Positions 25,647 through 39,369 of a stretch of DNA of 64,000 nucleotides are shown in pieces. Origin of the DNA: Scyliorhinus canicula (Eukaryota); contig NC_052155.1 of the NCBI RefSeq assembly GCF_902713615.1, positions 77,448,269 through 77,512,268 on the forward strand, in the 5' to 3' direction. Position numbers and translations under genes: made by a program. The stretch's first letter is position 1. Each line of letters opens with the position of its first letter. The notes beneath the pieces are model-generated. The model saw only the letters and a list, made by a program, of their open reading frames with translations, did not search any database and was not told where the DNA came from.

Positions 25647-25875
25647 TGTGGTGATCCACTGTGTGCACCTGTATTAGGGGATGTAAGGTAGGACCTGTAC
25701 TACAGGTTCGCCGGTAGCCCCTGCCGGCTAGCTCCGCCCACAAGTAGCCGTATAAATATGCATGACCTCCTCCTGATCAGCCATTTCACCAGCTGCAGCA
25801 GGAGGCCACGCATCTGACTGTAATAAAGCCACAGTTGTACCAATCGGAGTCTTTCGTGCAATTGATCGTGCATCA
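25647..25875 (+). mobile_element. Solo LTR
   Basis: tgtggtg...gcatca; TSD gactg/tactg; GC box, tataaa, aataaa. Related to 43970-44145. Confidence 0.8.
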
Positions 25876-26017
25876 TACTGTTTACTTTATTCCTGCATGT
25901 CCTTTGGATGTGACAACTGTCCTGCAGGTGCATCACTTTTACTAGTAATAGAGGCATTTAAATGGTTGGCAATTAGCACGACAAGGTAGCATATAAATTT
26001 CTCACTCAAGAGACTGT

Positions 26018-26648
26018 GGGCTGGATTCTCCAAGCCTCCTTGCCGAAATCGTGATCGGCGCGGTGGGTGGGGGGGTGGGGGGAATGGGCGGTTACGGTAA
26101 AATCCGGTCCGATGCTGCTCCCACAATTATCAGCACGAATTGCGCACCCGCGGTCTATGCCGCATGGATAGGGGGCCATTGACAGAGGCCCCCGCGGCGA
26201 TTCTCCCAGGAAAACTGGCCGAGTTCCCGACGGCGTGGTTCTAACCACGTTTTGCCTGTTGGAAACGGCCGGTGGCGGCTGCGGACTCGGTCCGTGGCCG
26301 CACTGGTGGGGGGCGGAGGGATCCTTTACCAGGGGAAGCCTCACAGAAAGCCAGGCAAGCGATCGGGAGGCACCGATCCGTGGGCGCGCAATCTCAGGGG
26401 GACCTACTTCGTTCATCATTGTCTGCGGTGTGAGTCCGCCGTGTCACACGGGGCCGCCGCCACAGGCCTCTGCCGTGCGCATGCGCGGACCTACGACCGG
26501 AATGCAGGGCTCCATATCCGTAGCCAGAGCTGTGAGGAGCACTCTGGAGCCCTGCAAGCCTCCTGCTTTCTTAAGGAAAGTCCAGAGTGAAACACCCGCG
26601 TTTTGACGCCGGCGTGGGGACAAACCCCATTATTGGAGTATCCCGCCC
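26018..26648. mobile_element. GC-rich MITE, probably PIF/Harbinger-related
   Basis: TIRs gggctggattctcc / ggagtatcccgccc; 3-bp TSD tgt. Confidence 0.75.
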
Positions 26649-27049
26649 TGTGAATCTGGCTACTGTGGTCTGAATCTCACTAAAATCAGATTGACCTCCC
26701 CTACTGATTCAGGAAAATAACTCTCTTTCTCTTTCTGTCATTTCATTGGCCGTGGCCTCAAAACAAGCTTCCTCTCAAGGCAGCTTGTTGCCTTTGTTCA
26801 AACGCCTGGCCTGGATTTCAATGTTCTTTCGGCCTCTTATGAATTAGTCTCTAAGCTTTATTTCTAAACTTGGACCATACCCATAGCGATGAGAGAGATC
26901 CTTTAATTCAAGAATGTAATCTACTACAGTCTCACTCAGCAACTGCTTCCTTTCGCGGAATGCAACTTGCAAGGCAGAATAATATGTATGTGATATCACA
27001 TTATGATTACACCCAAATTAGAACTGTAGTGACATGTACGAACGACTGC

Positions 27050-27840
27050 TAGAGAGGGCCGACACTGAACTGGACACGACAAGGAGGAAATGGAAAGAAG
27101 GCCTGGGGTTTGAAATAGGGTAGGGACGCAGGAGCGAAGCACTGCACAGGGTCAACTCCACCTCCACATGCACAAGGCTCAACCTAATGCAGCTAAAAGC
27201 GGTACATAGAGCCCACTTGACCAGAACCCGAATGAGCAGGTTCTTCCCGGAGGTGGAGGATAAATGTCAACAGTGCCAAGGAGGCCACGCCCACATGTTC
27301 TGATCTTGCCCTAGAATTGCTGGGTACTGGACAGCCTTCTTCGAGGCAATGTCCAAAGTGGTGGAGATGAGGGTGGAGCTATGCCCGAAAGTGATGGTTT
27401 TCGGGGTATCAGACCAGCCAGATCTCTTCTTGGGGAGGAGGGCAGACACCCTTGCCTTTGCCTCCCTGATTGCCCACCGTAGATCCCTGGTCAGCTGGAC
27501 CACCTAAAGCTGCAGACTGGCTGGCCGACCTATCACAATTTCTCCAAATGGAGAATATCAAATTCGCTATCCGTGGGGCGGGAGAGGGCTTCCACAAAAT
27601 ATGGGAGCCATTCACCCGACTGTTCCGGGACCTGTTTGTGGCCAACACATAAATAAATAAATAGCCGATAGCCAGGGGGAAATAGCCAGGACAAGATAGG
27701 AAGAGGAAAGGGAGGGAGGACCTGGGAGCAAGGCGAGGTAACAAAACCCAGCAAGAAAGAATGGGGGGCAGCAGTGAAGATGGGGGGGGGGGGGGGGGGG
27801 GTGGTAAGGGAGGGCAAGGGAACAGAGAAGAGGACCAAGA

Positions 27841-27874
<34 letters not shown>

Positions 27875-28065
27875 GAAGAGCACTGGGGAAGACAACAGCG
27901 GCAGCAACCACAGCTCGGCAAGAGGATGCAAAGAAAAACGCGAAGGGGAAACGAGCAATGGCCGATGCGGAGCAACTGCACAAAAGAATGTAAAGAGCAT
28001 GGTGCCCCCTCCACCTTAGTTAGATGATCTGTAAACAGGAGGGAATAGAAGAGAGGGGAGGAAAG

Positions 28066-28100
<35 letters not shown>

Positions 28101-28175
28101 GGGTCTGGTTATCTTTGCAAGGTATATATACCTGCATTTATAACTTGTACAAAACCCAATAAAAAACATTTTAAA
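27050..28175 (+). mobile_element. L1 3' fragment with poly-G-rich 3' UTR
   Basis: CTRLNLMQLK.VHRAHLT; C..C...HMF.SC; WEPF ORF2 end; aataaa near 28159. Confidence 0.85.
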
Positions 28176-28246
28176 ATAATTATTAATCTGAATTATTTGT
28201 GTTCATAATTTAATTCAAAGGATTGTGGGCATATTTATGGACCAAC

Positions 28247-29074
28247 TGTCATGACAGCCTGGGCTAGTGAATGATCAATTCTAGCCCCACTTGACAACAC
28301 AGGGGAAATTAGATTTTATTTAAAATATCCAAGGTCCTTGGTGGAGCCCAATAAACTACAATTTTCTCTGCCAATATTGTCTACTTTCGCTGCAGACTCA
28401 GCATCATTTTATAATAATCTTTATTGTTGTCACAAGTATGCTTGCATTAACACTACAATAAAGTTACTGTGAAAATATTGTAGTCACCACACTCCGGTGC
28501 CTGTTCGGGCACGGAGGGAGAATTCAGAATGTCCACTTCACCTAACAGCACGTCTTTCAGGACTTGTGGGAGGAAACTGGAGCACCTGGAGGAAGACCAC
28601 GCAGACATGGGGAGAACATGCAAACTCCGCACAGACTGTGACCCAAGCTAGATTCAAACCTGGGAACCTGGCGCTCTGAAGCAACAGTGTTAACCACTGT
28701 GCTACCGTGCCGCCTTGACAGCAAAGGATGTACTAGGCACCCACTGCTTACAGAACAATAGAGCAGTTCTTTCACTTCAGCAATGAAGGAGAAAGAGAGA
28801 CAGAGTTCCTTTCAGTCCAAGAGCTAAACACATCTGCTAATTTCTCTCAATCACTGACCGTTGTCAGGCAGAACACTATCCCTAGCCAACTCAAGGGCTG
28901 CCAGTTAACCAATCAAACCGACTCCCTCCAAATCTGGTACTCAAGATCGACTCGGTGCCAAAGAGTCTGGCTTTCATTTCCAAAATACAAAATCTGGGAA
29001 CACAGTCTCCTGGCAAGCAGGGCACTTTTGATACTTCTGTTTAAAGGCACATCCTGATTATGGGTTCACAGACA
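28247..29074 (-). mobile_element. Probable solo LTR interrupted by a SINE
   Basis: tgtcatg... ...cagaca ends and minus-strand aataaa; no clear TSD. Confidence 0.4.
28410..28714 (-). mobile_element. V-SINE with (ATT)n-type tail
   Basis: Reverse complement matches 2573-2857 including the tail. Confidence 0.8.
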
Positions 29075-29874
29075 AAAATATTTTTTTTTAAATGAAAGAA
29101 ATGGGAACAAAGGAAATAAACAGAAAGGACTCTTACACAACCAAGAAATCCATAGAGTAATATGGTCTAGTTCATTGAGTATCTCCTCAAATGCAGACAG
29201 AATTCTCCCATCTGGGACTAAGTTGCATGGTGGGGCAGGGATGGGGAGTATTTCCCCACTGTGGAGGCCAATGGGAAACCACACCATGTCTTCTGGCCCC
29301 AAACTCATTAATTTATCCATCCGGGGGTATGGCACGTATTTCATTGCAGGGCAGGTTTGATTGCGTGTCCTACCGTCACTTCTGTATATGTAAAAGGCAC
29401 CCAACATCACTGACCCACCATTGAAGAAAGACGATGGACCACCTCAATGACCTTGAAGCTGAAAGATCCACCTGATATGTGCTCTCCACCATCCACTGCT
29501 GTGGTGTTCCAAGGTAGCTGGCGGCCTCCATCCTGAATTCCGGTGGCAGCCCCAAGCATTCTGCAGGTAAATCACGATTTCTGCACGCCATCTTGTTCCA
29601 GATGTGTTCTGGGCTGACATGTTTTCCCTCTGGCATCGCAGAGAATCGGATGTGGAGGCAAGATTCTGGTCAGGCCTTCACCTGAATCGCATTAGCAGGA
29701 TGCAAATCAGTTTCACGCCAGCCACCTGCTGGTTTCTTGATGCGCACCAATGGAAAATCCCATGGGAAATTTGCGCCAGCGTAAAACCTTTTTCCACCTC
29801 CCACCAAATCCTCCTCCCGCCCACCAGTTCAACCACCAGTGGAAGCATGGGAGAATTCTACTCAGAGTTTCTTA

Positions 29875-30098
29875 TTTTTATAAATTTAGAGTAGCCAATT
29901 ATTTTTCTTTTCCAATTAAGGGGCAATTTAGCATGGCCTATCTACCCAACTTGCACATCTTTGGGTTGTGGGGGGTGAAACCCACGCAAACATGGGGAGA
30001 ATGTGCAAACTCCTTCGGTCAGTGACCCAGGGCCGGTATTTGAACCCGGGTCCTCAGCGCCGCAGTCCCAGTGCTAACCACTGTGCCACATGCCGCCC
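29875..30098 (-). mobile_element. Short V-SINE with A-rich tail
   Basis: TSD agagtttctta (29864-29874 and 30100-30110). Confidence 0.85.
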
Positions 30099-31314
30099 TA
30101 GAGTTTCTTAACTTACTCACACCAGTTAGGGTTGGTGACTGGAAAGAAGATACGTCCTCAGAAATAATTCAAAGTTCCAAGTCCCAAATCATGGGTGGAA
30201 TCTTCCATTGGCAGTGAGGTTTTACCTCTGAGCTAGAGAGCCAGTGAGAGACACATGTTGCCTCTTTTGGCCCACCCGGTCTAATGCCATCAGGCAGCCT
30301 TCCTTTAGAATCAAGTCCCCGGAGGTGAAAGTTCCACCTGTTAAGTACTGCTGACAAATCAGAGGCCGGGAATTCTTGTGATTGACAGTGCCATTCAGAG
30401 GGATGTTGCTGATGTCAGAACACCATCATCCTGCAGTCCTAGGACCAAGGAGAAAGGTAAGTAAATGCCTGGGGGTTGGCGGGGGGGGTGTTGTCAGTGC
30501 AGAAGCTGTAGGGAGAGCGAGGCAGTGGAATCTGAAGCAAGGGCAAGCAAGCGTTGGCTACCAGTAGCCGTCCCCCCCACCCCATGTCTATTCCCTCGGT
30601 CATACACAAATTAGTGGGATTGAGGAACCCCCCCCCCTCCAGCTGACATGCAGCCTGCACAGTTTAAACAGTTATGCAAGCCACATGTCAGCAGGCCTGC
30701 CAGGAGCAGAGGATATTGCAGTGGAAGTGGGAAGAGGCCCTTAAATGGTCAAATAAGGGTCTCAAGTGGAGGCAGGGTGGGAAGATCGACCATGGGCCTT
30801 CCATTCAGAACCTAATTCAGATGAGGCAGGAAGCTGTTGGCTATTGACCCTGGCGCAATACTGTCTTTTTCAGGCCCTTTCACCTCCTTTCTTGCCTCTG
30901 GCAGGGGCAAAAGATTTTACCCCATACTTCTTCACCTTACAGTTCAGAATAAAATTGTGGTCTCCATGAATTTATCAAAATGGGGAAAGAAACTTAAATC
31001 CCTGTTAGTTCAGGAATGATAATTTCCCAATGCACAGCACATGAAAAGGGCAAAACAAACCCCTTCAAAATGGGGTAGGAAAATTGGCTGAAGCAGAAAA
31101 TGAGTTTCAGTCAGTTCCTGGTGGTTTCTGAGGTACAACCTGGCCCAGAGTGTTAGGATTAGTGATTATTCTCTCTGGTAGCAATGTGAAATTAGTTTGC
31201 CAGTCTTCGTTTCCAAGTGCTGTGAGTTCACTGTGCCAGCAGCCCATAAATTGGAACAACCAGCAGGTTCAGACAGGCCACAATGAGGGCTGTTTTAGGG
31301 AATGGGAACACCAT

Positions 31315-31475
31315 GGGGCGGGATTCTCCATCCCGCCACACCAGCATTTTGGTATGACGCGCCCCCGGGATTCTCCGTCTCGCCAATGGGGTTTTCCATT
31401 GTCGGCATCCCCACGTCGGGAAATCCCTGGGCTGCCGGCACAATGGAGACTCATGATAGCGGACAATCCAGCCCC
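31315..31475. mobile_element. 160-bp MITE
   Basis: TIRs gggcgggattctcc / ggacaatccagccc, flanked by cat. Confidence 0.7.
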
Positions 31476-31711
31476 ATGCTTGGTCAGTAGAGTCTGCTAT
31501 TTTTAAGTTTAATAGGAACTTTATACCAACTGGCCATAATGTAGACTTCCATAAAATTATATCATAATATACATTTAGTCTAAATGTCACCAATAAATAA
31601 CATCAAACATCATAATTACGACAAGCACTTTATCTGCTTGCATGGCTTTCCTTTAACAGTTGATTTTACGTGGGTTAACATCTTTTAAAATAATGGATGA
31701 GAAATATCATA

Positions 31712-32200
31712 TGAATGGAAGTACTGCATAGAGATACTGGAGTGGTTCGGGATTAGAACAGCGTTCATCGCCTGGGTGAAATCCCTGTACAACGCTCCCA
31801 CGTGAGCGTACAGACAAATACCACTAGCTCTAACAGTAGCTCTCCCATCCCCGCCCAATAAAAATTCGACAAGCCCTGTGGTGTGAGCAACACACTGGTC
31901 ATGGAACCATCTGCGATTGCATTTTGGACTAACCAAAATGTCCGACAAAGCTCCCATCTGCAACAACCACAGGTTCACGCCGGCGACTGTGAACGCCACC
32001 TTTAAAAAGGTGGAGACAGGATGGAGATCCCAGTTAGCAGGCTGAAACGTTTGAAGAACTGACAGGAAGATTCCAACTGATGGGGGACAACAAACTCAGG
32101 TATTTACAAATCAAACATTTCCTACAAAGGGAAACAAGGACGTACCCGCAACCACTCCGACAATCACTGCTAGAGGATGTTAAGGGCCTCAATAGGCAAT
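31712..32200 (+). mobile_element. Fragmented L1 ORF2 with multiple internal deletions
   Basis: EWKY.IEILEWFG...FIAWVKSLYNAP; later APICNNHRF. Confidence 0.65.
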
Positions 32201-33452
32201 AAGGGCAGACGGGTTAATGGACACATCACCCACTCACCATATTATGGGGAAGCATCGAGGTGGGGGAAAGATGATGAGCCATCCACCAGTTGTATTTTAC
32301 ATACTCCCTCCCCGCCAAAAACACACCTGCCGGGTGCAGTGAACTTCACCCTGTTAACTCGATTTCTCTCCTCACAGATGCTGACAAACCCGGAGTATTT
32401 GCAGAATTTTCCTGCTTATTTCAGATTCCAAACATCTGCAGTATTTTAGTTTTGCTAAAGTATATGCTGGTCATAATAGTCTGAATACCATTATCTTTCT
32501 TACAGTACTTTATATGCAGCTTTATGCAAATATCCTTTGAAATTATGTTCTATTATTACGTATTCTATTGTATTATGTTCAATTTGCAGCAGTAAATAAT
32601 TCAACACCACTTTCGTAGTGGGACATTAGTAATCAAAAATGAAAATGGCATAATTCCTAGTTTAACAAAGAAAATAATTGTACGAATAGAAAAGCATTTA
32701 GACAGCACTCTACTGATGCTTCCAATGTAAGGCAGTTTCCTGGGACACTGCTCTCCCCAATATCCAAAGCCTTTATTCAGCTAACTTGTTTTTTTGCATG
32801 TTTGGAGGATTTTGTATCAAGGTTAGGCTGACTCACAGCTAAAAACGCTGTGCTTTCAGATGTAGAGCCATTAGAAAAATGACCCCTAACTAGAGGTAAT
32901 GCTATACTGAGAGAATGCTATTAATCACAGATGTAAAGTACACCCATTATCAACGGCACTCTGATATAAAATGCCAAGCTCTCCACTGCTGGATTACATG
33001 AGCTACGGGTCATATTAAACTCCTAATCCACTTACCCGCTAAATGAGCAGAGTTAGTTCCATGCACCAGTGTACTTGCATCATGATCCTGTGTTGTGTCA
33101 TGATGGAAGCATACATAAAATTAAACATTTGAACATTAATATTGCACACAGTTATTTATAAACTAATTCTCTCAGTATAGCATTGATACAAAATCGTCCA
33201 AACAATATTCATCCATTAGCAGATATTCTCATTCTTATGAGGAAAAGCTGTTTTGAATCTTTGCCCCTCACCCTCAGTGAAGGAAGCTAATCTGCACAAA
33301 AAGGGCTAGCAGCCTATTTTGACCATGTGACCAACCCATCAGCCAGTTCAATGTGGCATGAGCTGGTGCAGCTGTCACATTCCAACTAAATTTACTTTAC
33401 AGTCCTTCCCCTAGTGACTGTACACATCAACAGTCACTAGGGGATGCCCTCC

Positions 33453-36400
33453 TGTAATGACCTCCAATTAGCATTATTGGTTGGCCAATTGGAGTATGAG
33501 CTCCCTCAATGATAGCTCATTGAGGGGGCCCATATAAGCACCTGTGTAGGCTTTGTGATCCAGTCTTAAGTTGACTGGACTACTAGTAGCACTGTTGGAG
33601 CTGCTCTTGTATATAGTTATTGGCAATAAATATTGGTGTGGTGACGGGACTCCTGCCTCCTGTGGATTATTACAGTGGCGACGAGGTAAACAAAGAACTT
33701 TGCTGAGACCAGCTGCCGCACTCAGAGGGTAAGCCTTGCTATTTCAAAAATGCCGTTTTTTGGGAGGTTAGATGCATTCGACCTGACTATTGAGGACTGG
33801 TCCCAGTATGTGGAGAGAATGTGTTACTTCTTCCGGGCCAATGATATAACTACGGACGAAAGGAAATGGGTTATCCTGCTGTCGGCATGCGGACCCTCAG
33901 TTTTCGCCATTATACGTAGTCTAACTTATCCCGATGCGCCGGACACAAAACCCTTCCAAGAATTGACGGAATTGGTTAAAGAGCACTACGACCCAAAACC
34001 ACCCCTCATTTTGCATAGGTACAAATTCTACACAGTGAAGCGGGAAGACAGGAAGTCAGTCACAAATTTCTTGACCCGCCTAAGAAGGCTGGCGGAAAAA
34101 TGTGAGTTCGGCCCGACGCTAAATTAAATGCTTCGGGACCGGTTAGTTTATGGCCTAAACGATCTCACAGTACAGAAGTGCCTTTTGGTGGAAACGCAGC
34201 TCGACTGCAGGCAGGCGTTACAGCTCGCACTGTCCCTAGAAAAGGTAGCAAGTGGGGCGCAGGAACTACAGGGCACGCCAATGGAGGTAGATACCTGTGA
34301 GAGGGACTCCCATAACAGGTCCAGCTACCAGATAGCCACTCTCAGGAAAAGCCTGAGGAATAGAGGGCCAAAGGAAAACCCCAGAACTGCCCCCAAGTCT
34401 GCTAGGACTAACTGGAGACAGAGGGAAGTACTGGCTGAGGCTCCCCCAACAGAGAAGGACCATTTCTGGCACCAGACAGAGTGGGGTAACAGCGACAGAA
34501 ACCCTAGAAGGAGGTGGCAAAAGAGGAATAGCAGGTGGGGACACAGGGAAGTACACAACCTAGATGCCCCATCCTCCTCCGAAGGGGAACAATTATATAA
34601 TATTGTGATGATGAAAGCAGAACCTATTAAGGTTACCCCACGGGTGAACGGTCGGCCGACAATAATGGAAATAGACATGGGGGCGGCCATATCAGTAATG
34701 GGAGTGGAAGCATTTTTAAAAAATCAAAGATGGACTCCAGCCACTAACCCTAACAAAAATATCGACAAAACTTAAAACCTACACGGGGGAACCCCTGGAA
34801 GTTCTAGGCAGGACTCATGTACCCGTGGAATATGAGAAACAATTGCTCAGATTACCGTTGACGATAGCAGAGGGCTCCGGACCGAGCTTAATTGGATGGA
34901 ACTGGCTGAAAGACCTAAAATTAGATTGGATGAAATTTTTCAGAGTGGAAGCGGGCAGTTGAGTGGAGTACTCCAAAAATACCCGGAGGTCTTCCAAGAA
35001 GGTTTGGGGGAAATCATAGGTGCCAAAGCAACTTTGCACGTGGACCCAGAAGCCCTTCCGAAATTTTGTAAGGCCAGGGCGGTACCTTTCGCATTAAGGA
35101 AGACAGTAGAGGTCGAAATAGAAAGGTTACGGCACGACGGCATTATCAGACCAGTACAGTTCTCGGAATGGGCAGTGCCGGTGGTACCAATTTTGAAGCC
35201 AGACGGCTCGATACGTCTGTGGAGATTTCAAACAGACGGTAAACAAATACGCACTGCTGGACAAATACCCGATCCCAAAAATAGACGACCTATATGCCAA
35301 ATTGGCAGGTGGGCTTTTGTTCACGAAACTGGACATGAGCCACGCCTACCTGCAGTTAAAACTGGACAAGGGCTCCCAGAAGTTCGCTACGATCAACACC
35401 CTGAAGGGCCTTTTTCGTTATACTTGGATAACCTTTCGGAGGGTCATCAGCCTGCGCTATATTCCAGCGTACGATGGAAAATATTCTGCAGGGACTACCG
35501 CAGGTGCCGATTTATTTGGACGATGTCTTAATCACGGGTAGGACGAACAGGGAACACTTAAGGAACCTGGAGGAAGTGCTCAGGTGTTTCGCAAAGGCAG
35601 GCGTACGGCTTAAAAAAGAAAAATGTGTTTTTCTGGCCCCACAAGTGACGTACCTGGGATATAAAGTAGACGAGTCGGGCTTACGCCCATTGGAAGACAG
35701 AGGAAGGGCAATAAAAGAAGCCCCAGCTCCCACCACGGTCCAGGAGCTACGATCATTTCTAGGGTTGGTAACCTACTATAGCAAATTTATTGAAAATAGG
35801 GCGTCCATCCTAGAACCCCTCCACCAGCTACTAAAAAAGGGGCAAGAATGGAAATGGTCCGCCCGGCAAAACCAAGCATTTAGGGACATTAAGGAACAGC
35901 TGTCATCCGAAAATGTCCTAGAGCATTGTGACCCAAGGAAGGAGTTGGTGGTCACTTGTGACGCATCCCCTTACAGGGTAGGAGCCGTCTTAGCCCATAG
36001 AGGAAGGAATGGGGAAGAACGGCCAATGGCCTATGCTTCGAGGACCTTGGCGATGGCTGAGAGGAAGTACGCCCAAATTAGAAGGAAGGACTGGCGGTGA
36101 TATTTGCAGTAAAAAATGTCACCAGTATCTGTACGGGCGGAAATTCACCATAGTGACGGACCATAAGCCGTTATTAGGGTTATTAAAAGAAGACAAGTCA
36201 ATACCCCCGATCGCATCAGCTAGAATCCAACGCTGGGCGTTGCTACTGGCGGTGTATAGATACGTTCTGGAGCACAGACCGGGAACGCGAGTAGCAAATG
36301 CAGATGCTTTGAGCAGACTTCCCCTCCCGGACACCCCGCCGCTAATACTGAAAGTAGAGGAGACAGTAATGACTCTAAATTTTTTGGACACCTTACCAGT

Positions 36401-38059
36401 GGACGCACAATATATTCGGCTGTGGACGCAAAAATACCCAGTTTTAGCCAAGAAGAAGCATTTACTGCTAACATGGGAACTGGAAAGACCAGGTGAGCCC
36501 CAGATGCACCCATACTGGAGCAGAAGGGACCAAATAATCGTTGAAGATGGTATCCTATTATGGGGAGCCCCGGCAATAGTCCCAGCTCAGGGCCGTCAGG
36601 AAATCTTAACCGAGTTACATCACGGACACCCAGGGGTGTCTAAAATTAAGATGCTAGCTCGAAGCTACGTTTGGTGGCCAGGATTGGACACAGACATAGC
36701 AGCCTTGGTACGTCGGTGCCAGCAGGGGCAAAGAGTGCCACCAGCTGCACCATTGCACCCGTGGGAATGACCAGGCAGACCTTGGACCCGCCTGCATATT
36801 GACCACGCCAGCCCTTTGATGGGCTCAATGTTTTTGGTGATAGTGGACGCCCACTCCAAATGGTTGGGCGTCCACCGGGTAAACACGGCAAGCACAGCAT
36901 CGACAATCGAAAAGCTCAGGGCCTCGTTTGCAACACATAGACTTCCGGAGGTATTGGTGTCTGACAACGGAACAGCATTCACAAGTGGGGAATTTGGGAA
37001 ATTCCTAAAAGAAAACTGAGTCCGCCACATCAAAACGGCCCCTTACCATCCAGCGTTCCAACGGCCTGGCAGAGAGAGCGGTCCAGACACTAAAAGCGGG
37101 ACTCGAGAAGCAGCCGGCAGTGTCAATAGACACAAAGCTCTCCCGCTGGCTGTTTGATTACAGGATCACACCGCATTCCACAACGGGCATACCGCCAGCT
37201 GAACTCATAATAGGAAGGCGGCTGCGAACGAGGCTGAGTCTCCTTTTCCCAAATTTAATGGGGAAAGTGGAGAAACAACAGGAGGCCCAAAGCAGGGGGC
37301 ATGATAATAGTCGGCAGCAGAGACATTTCCAGATGGGGGCACCGGTTTGGGTCAAAAATTATGGGACTGGACCAACGTGGGTCAAAGGCACGGTAGAGTC
37401 CCAAACAGGGCCCATATCCTATGAGGTTTCGATAGGAGGTAAAGTGCTGAAGAAACACCTAGACCAAATAAGGGCAGCGGAACCACACCTGGAGGCAGGC
37501 GAAGCAGGACCGCCTCAAGCTGGGATAGCCCAGACGGAAAAGATACCCACACCCCAGCCCCAAGCAATTTCTCCAGACCCCGTCATCCAGTCGTCAGAGT
37601 CGGAGATGGACACGTTCGACGAGGCCGCCGCGACACCTCTCCCCGAGGAGGAGGAGGAAGAACAACTTCCAAGGAGGTCGTCAAGAAAAAGACGGGCACC
37701 TATAAGGTACACCCCGCCCACATCGGAGAACGACCCGGTGGACGATAGAGGTGACAGACGCGGACATGAAGAGCAGGAAGAAGCTCCGAGGGATGCCAGC
37801 TGGCAGGAATTCCTCAGACCTTGGGGGGAGGGGGTGGATTTAATGACCTCCAATTAGCATTATTGGTTGGCCAATTGGAGTATGAGCTCCCTCAATGATA
37901 GCTCATTGAGGGGGCCCATATAAGCACTGTGTAGGCTTTGTGATCCAGTCGTAAGTTGACTGGAATGCTAGCAGCACTGTTGGAGCTGCTCTTGTATATA
38001 GTTGTTGGCAATAAATATTGGTGTGGTGACAGGACTCCTGCCTCCTGTGGATTATTACA
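33453..38059 (+). mobile_element. Full-length Gypsy LTR retrotransposon (Mag/K02A2.6-like), inactivated
   Basis: LTRs at 33453-33674 and 37839-38059 (about 7 substitutions plus 1 indel by eye); 5-bp TSD cctcc; PBS tggcgacgagg; PPT ggggggagggg. Gag from 33750 with premature TAA at 34125; PR (DMGA), RT (YLDD), RNase H (CDASP), IN (SDNG); several frameshifts. Confidence 0.96.
33676..33686 (+). promoter_or_regulatory. Primer-binding site complementary to the tRNA-Ser(GCU) 3' end
   Basis: TGGCGACGAGG directly after the 5' LTR; matches ...CCUCGUCGCCA as recalled. Confidence 0.75.
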
Positions 38060-38124
38060 CCTCCTAAAGTTCGTCTTCACATCTAAATTTGTCTATATAT
38101 GTTTCTGGAACATACATCTTCATT

Positions 38125-38159
38125 CACCTGAGGATGGAGCAGTGCTCCGAAAGCTAGTG
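38125..38159 (+). ncRNA. Minimal type I hammerhead ribozyme motif within a Penelope-related repeat (~38080-38210)
   Basis: cac CTGAGGA t ggagc agt gctcc GAAA gc TA gtg. Confidence 0.7.
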
Positions 38160-38409
38160 TTTGAAACAGACCTGTTGAACTTTAACCTGGTGGTGTAAGA
38201 CTTCTTATTGTCTTCGCAAAGCGTGAGGCCCAGACTACACATCATGCCAGGTAGTCAGAATAGATCAGAGATATATCATCAGGGAGTGAACATCAGCAAT
38301 TTGATGACACTTCAGGCTGGGAATTACACCGTGAGCATTCTCACTCAGGAGCAGTAGCCCCCATGTAGTTGAAACATTTTTCTCAAAGTTTATTTCTCTG
38401 ATTCGATTT

Positions 38410-38680
38410 CCCAGGTTCGATTCCCTGCTGGGTCACTGTCTGTGCGGAGTCTGCACGTTCTCCCAGTGTCTGCGTGGGTTTCCTCCGGGTGCTTCGGTTT
38501 CCTCCCACAGTCCAAAGACATGCAGGTTAGGTGGATTGGCCATGATAAATTGTCCTTCCATGTCAAAAGTCAGAAGAGGTTATTGGGTTGGGGGACGGGG
38601 TGGAAGTGAGGGCACGTTGGTTGGTGCAGACTCGATGGGTCGAATGGCCTCCTTCTACACTGCATATTCTATGTTCTATG
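38410..38680 (+). mobile_element. 5'-truncated V-SINE with CR1-type tail
   Basis: ggttcgattccc, V-domain, ttctatgttctatg tail. Confidence 0.85.
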
Positions 38681-39369
38681 ATCTATCATTTTTAATTATT
38701 CTCTCCAATCTTTCTTTCAAATGCTGCTGGAATAATGGGCCAATTTTGTTTGTGTCTTACCAGTATTGATCTAAATGTGCATGGGCATGCTGCAAATTGT
38801 AGCCATTGTCCTGAAATATAAGGATATTTCTAGTCCCAAGTCTCTCGTGTTGTTTTAGTATCAGCTCCTTGCTAGAACAATCCATGCTTCCTCAGTCTCA
38901 CTGCAATCTCCTTCCCTCCCAGCAAAATGATCCCGTGATCTGGCCACCCGTCCAACATCAAATGGTGGATGAGCTGAAGTTTTCTACAGCTCAACAAAAA
39001 GTCTAACTGCGCTCTAGCTAGCACCCACACGCTTCTGCCTCTGACTCTGTCAACACCTCTAGCTGAGCTAGAGTCTAACCTCTGCATTTATTCAACCCTG
39101 AATGAACTTTAAAACTCACATCCAATCAGTCACTCTCCAGATTACATAGGCATATCAAGTGACTCTTCATTACACAACAATCCTTGACCTCCAACCCCAG
39201 TGACTATCCCATCTTTCTGTAATGATGTCATGCCAGCACCTGAGGTGAACTGAATGTTGACGGCACATGTTACAGCCTCCTGAGCCTCTGCTACAAGGTG
39301 CTAGCAGCCAGCCTTTCCTTTTTAAAAAATGAGAACACCTTTACAATAATCACTAATGTCGTATGTAAG

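Noticed and set aside
27409-28137. 242-aa Pro/Gly-rich ORF
   Set aside because: Antisense reading of an L1 3' UTR with homopolymer runs.
29330-29800. Possible Harbinger Myb/SANT ORF relic on the minus strand
   Set aside because: Too degenerate to support by eye.
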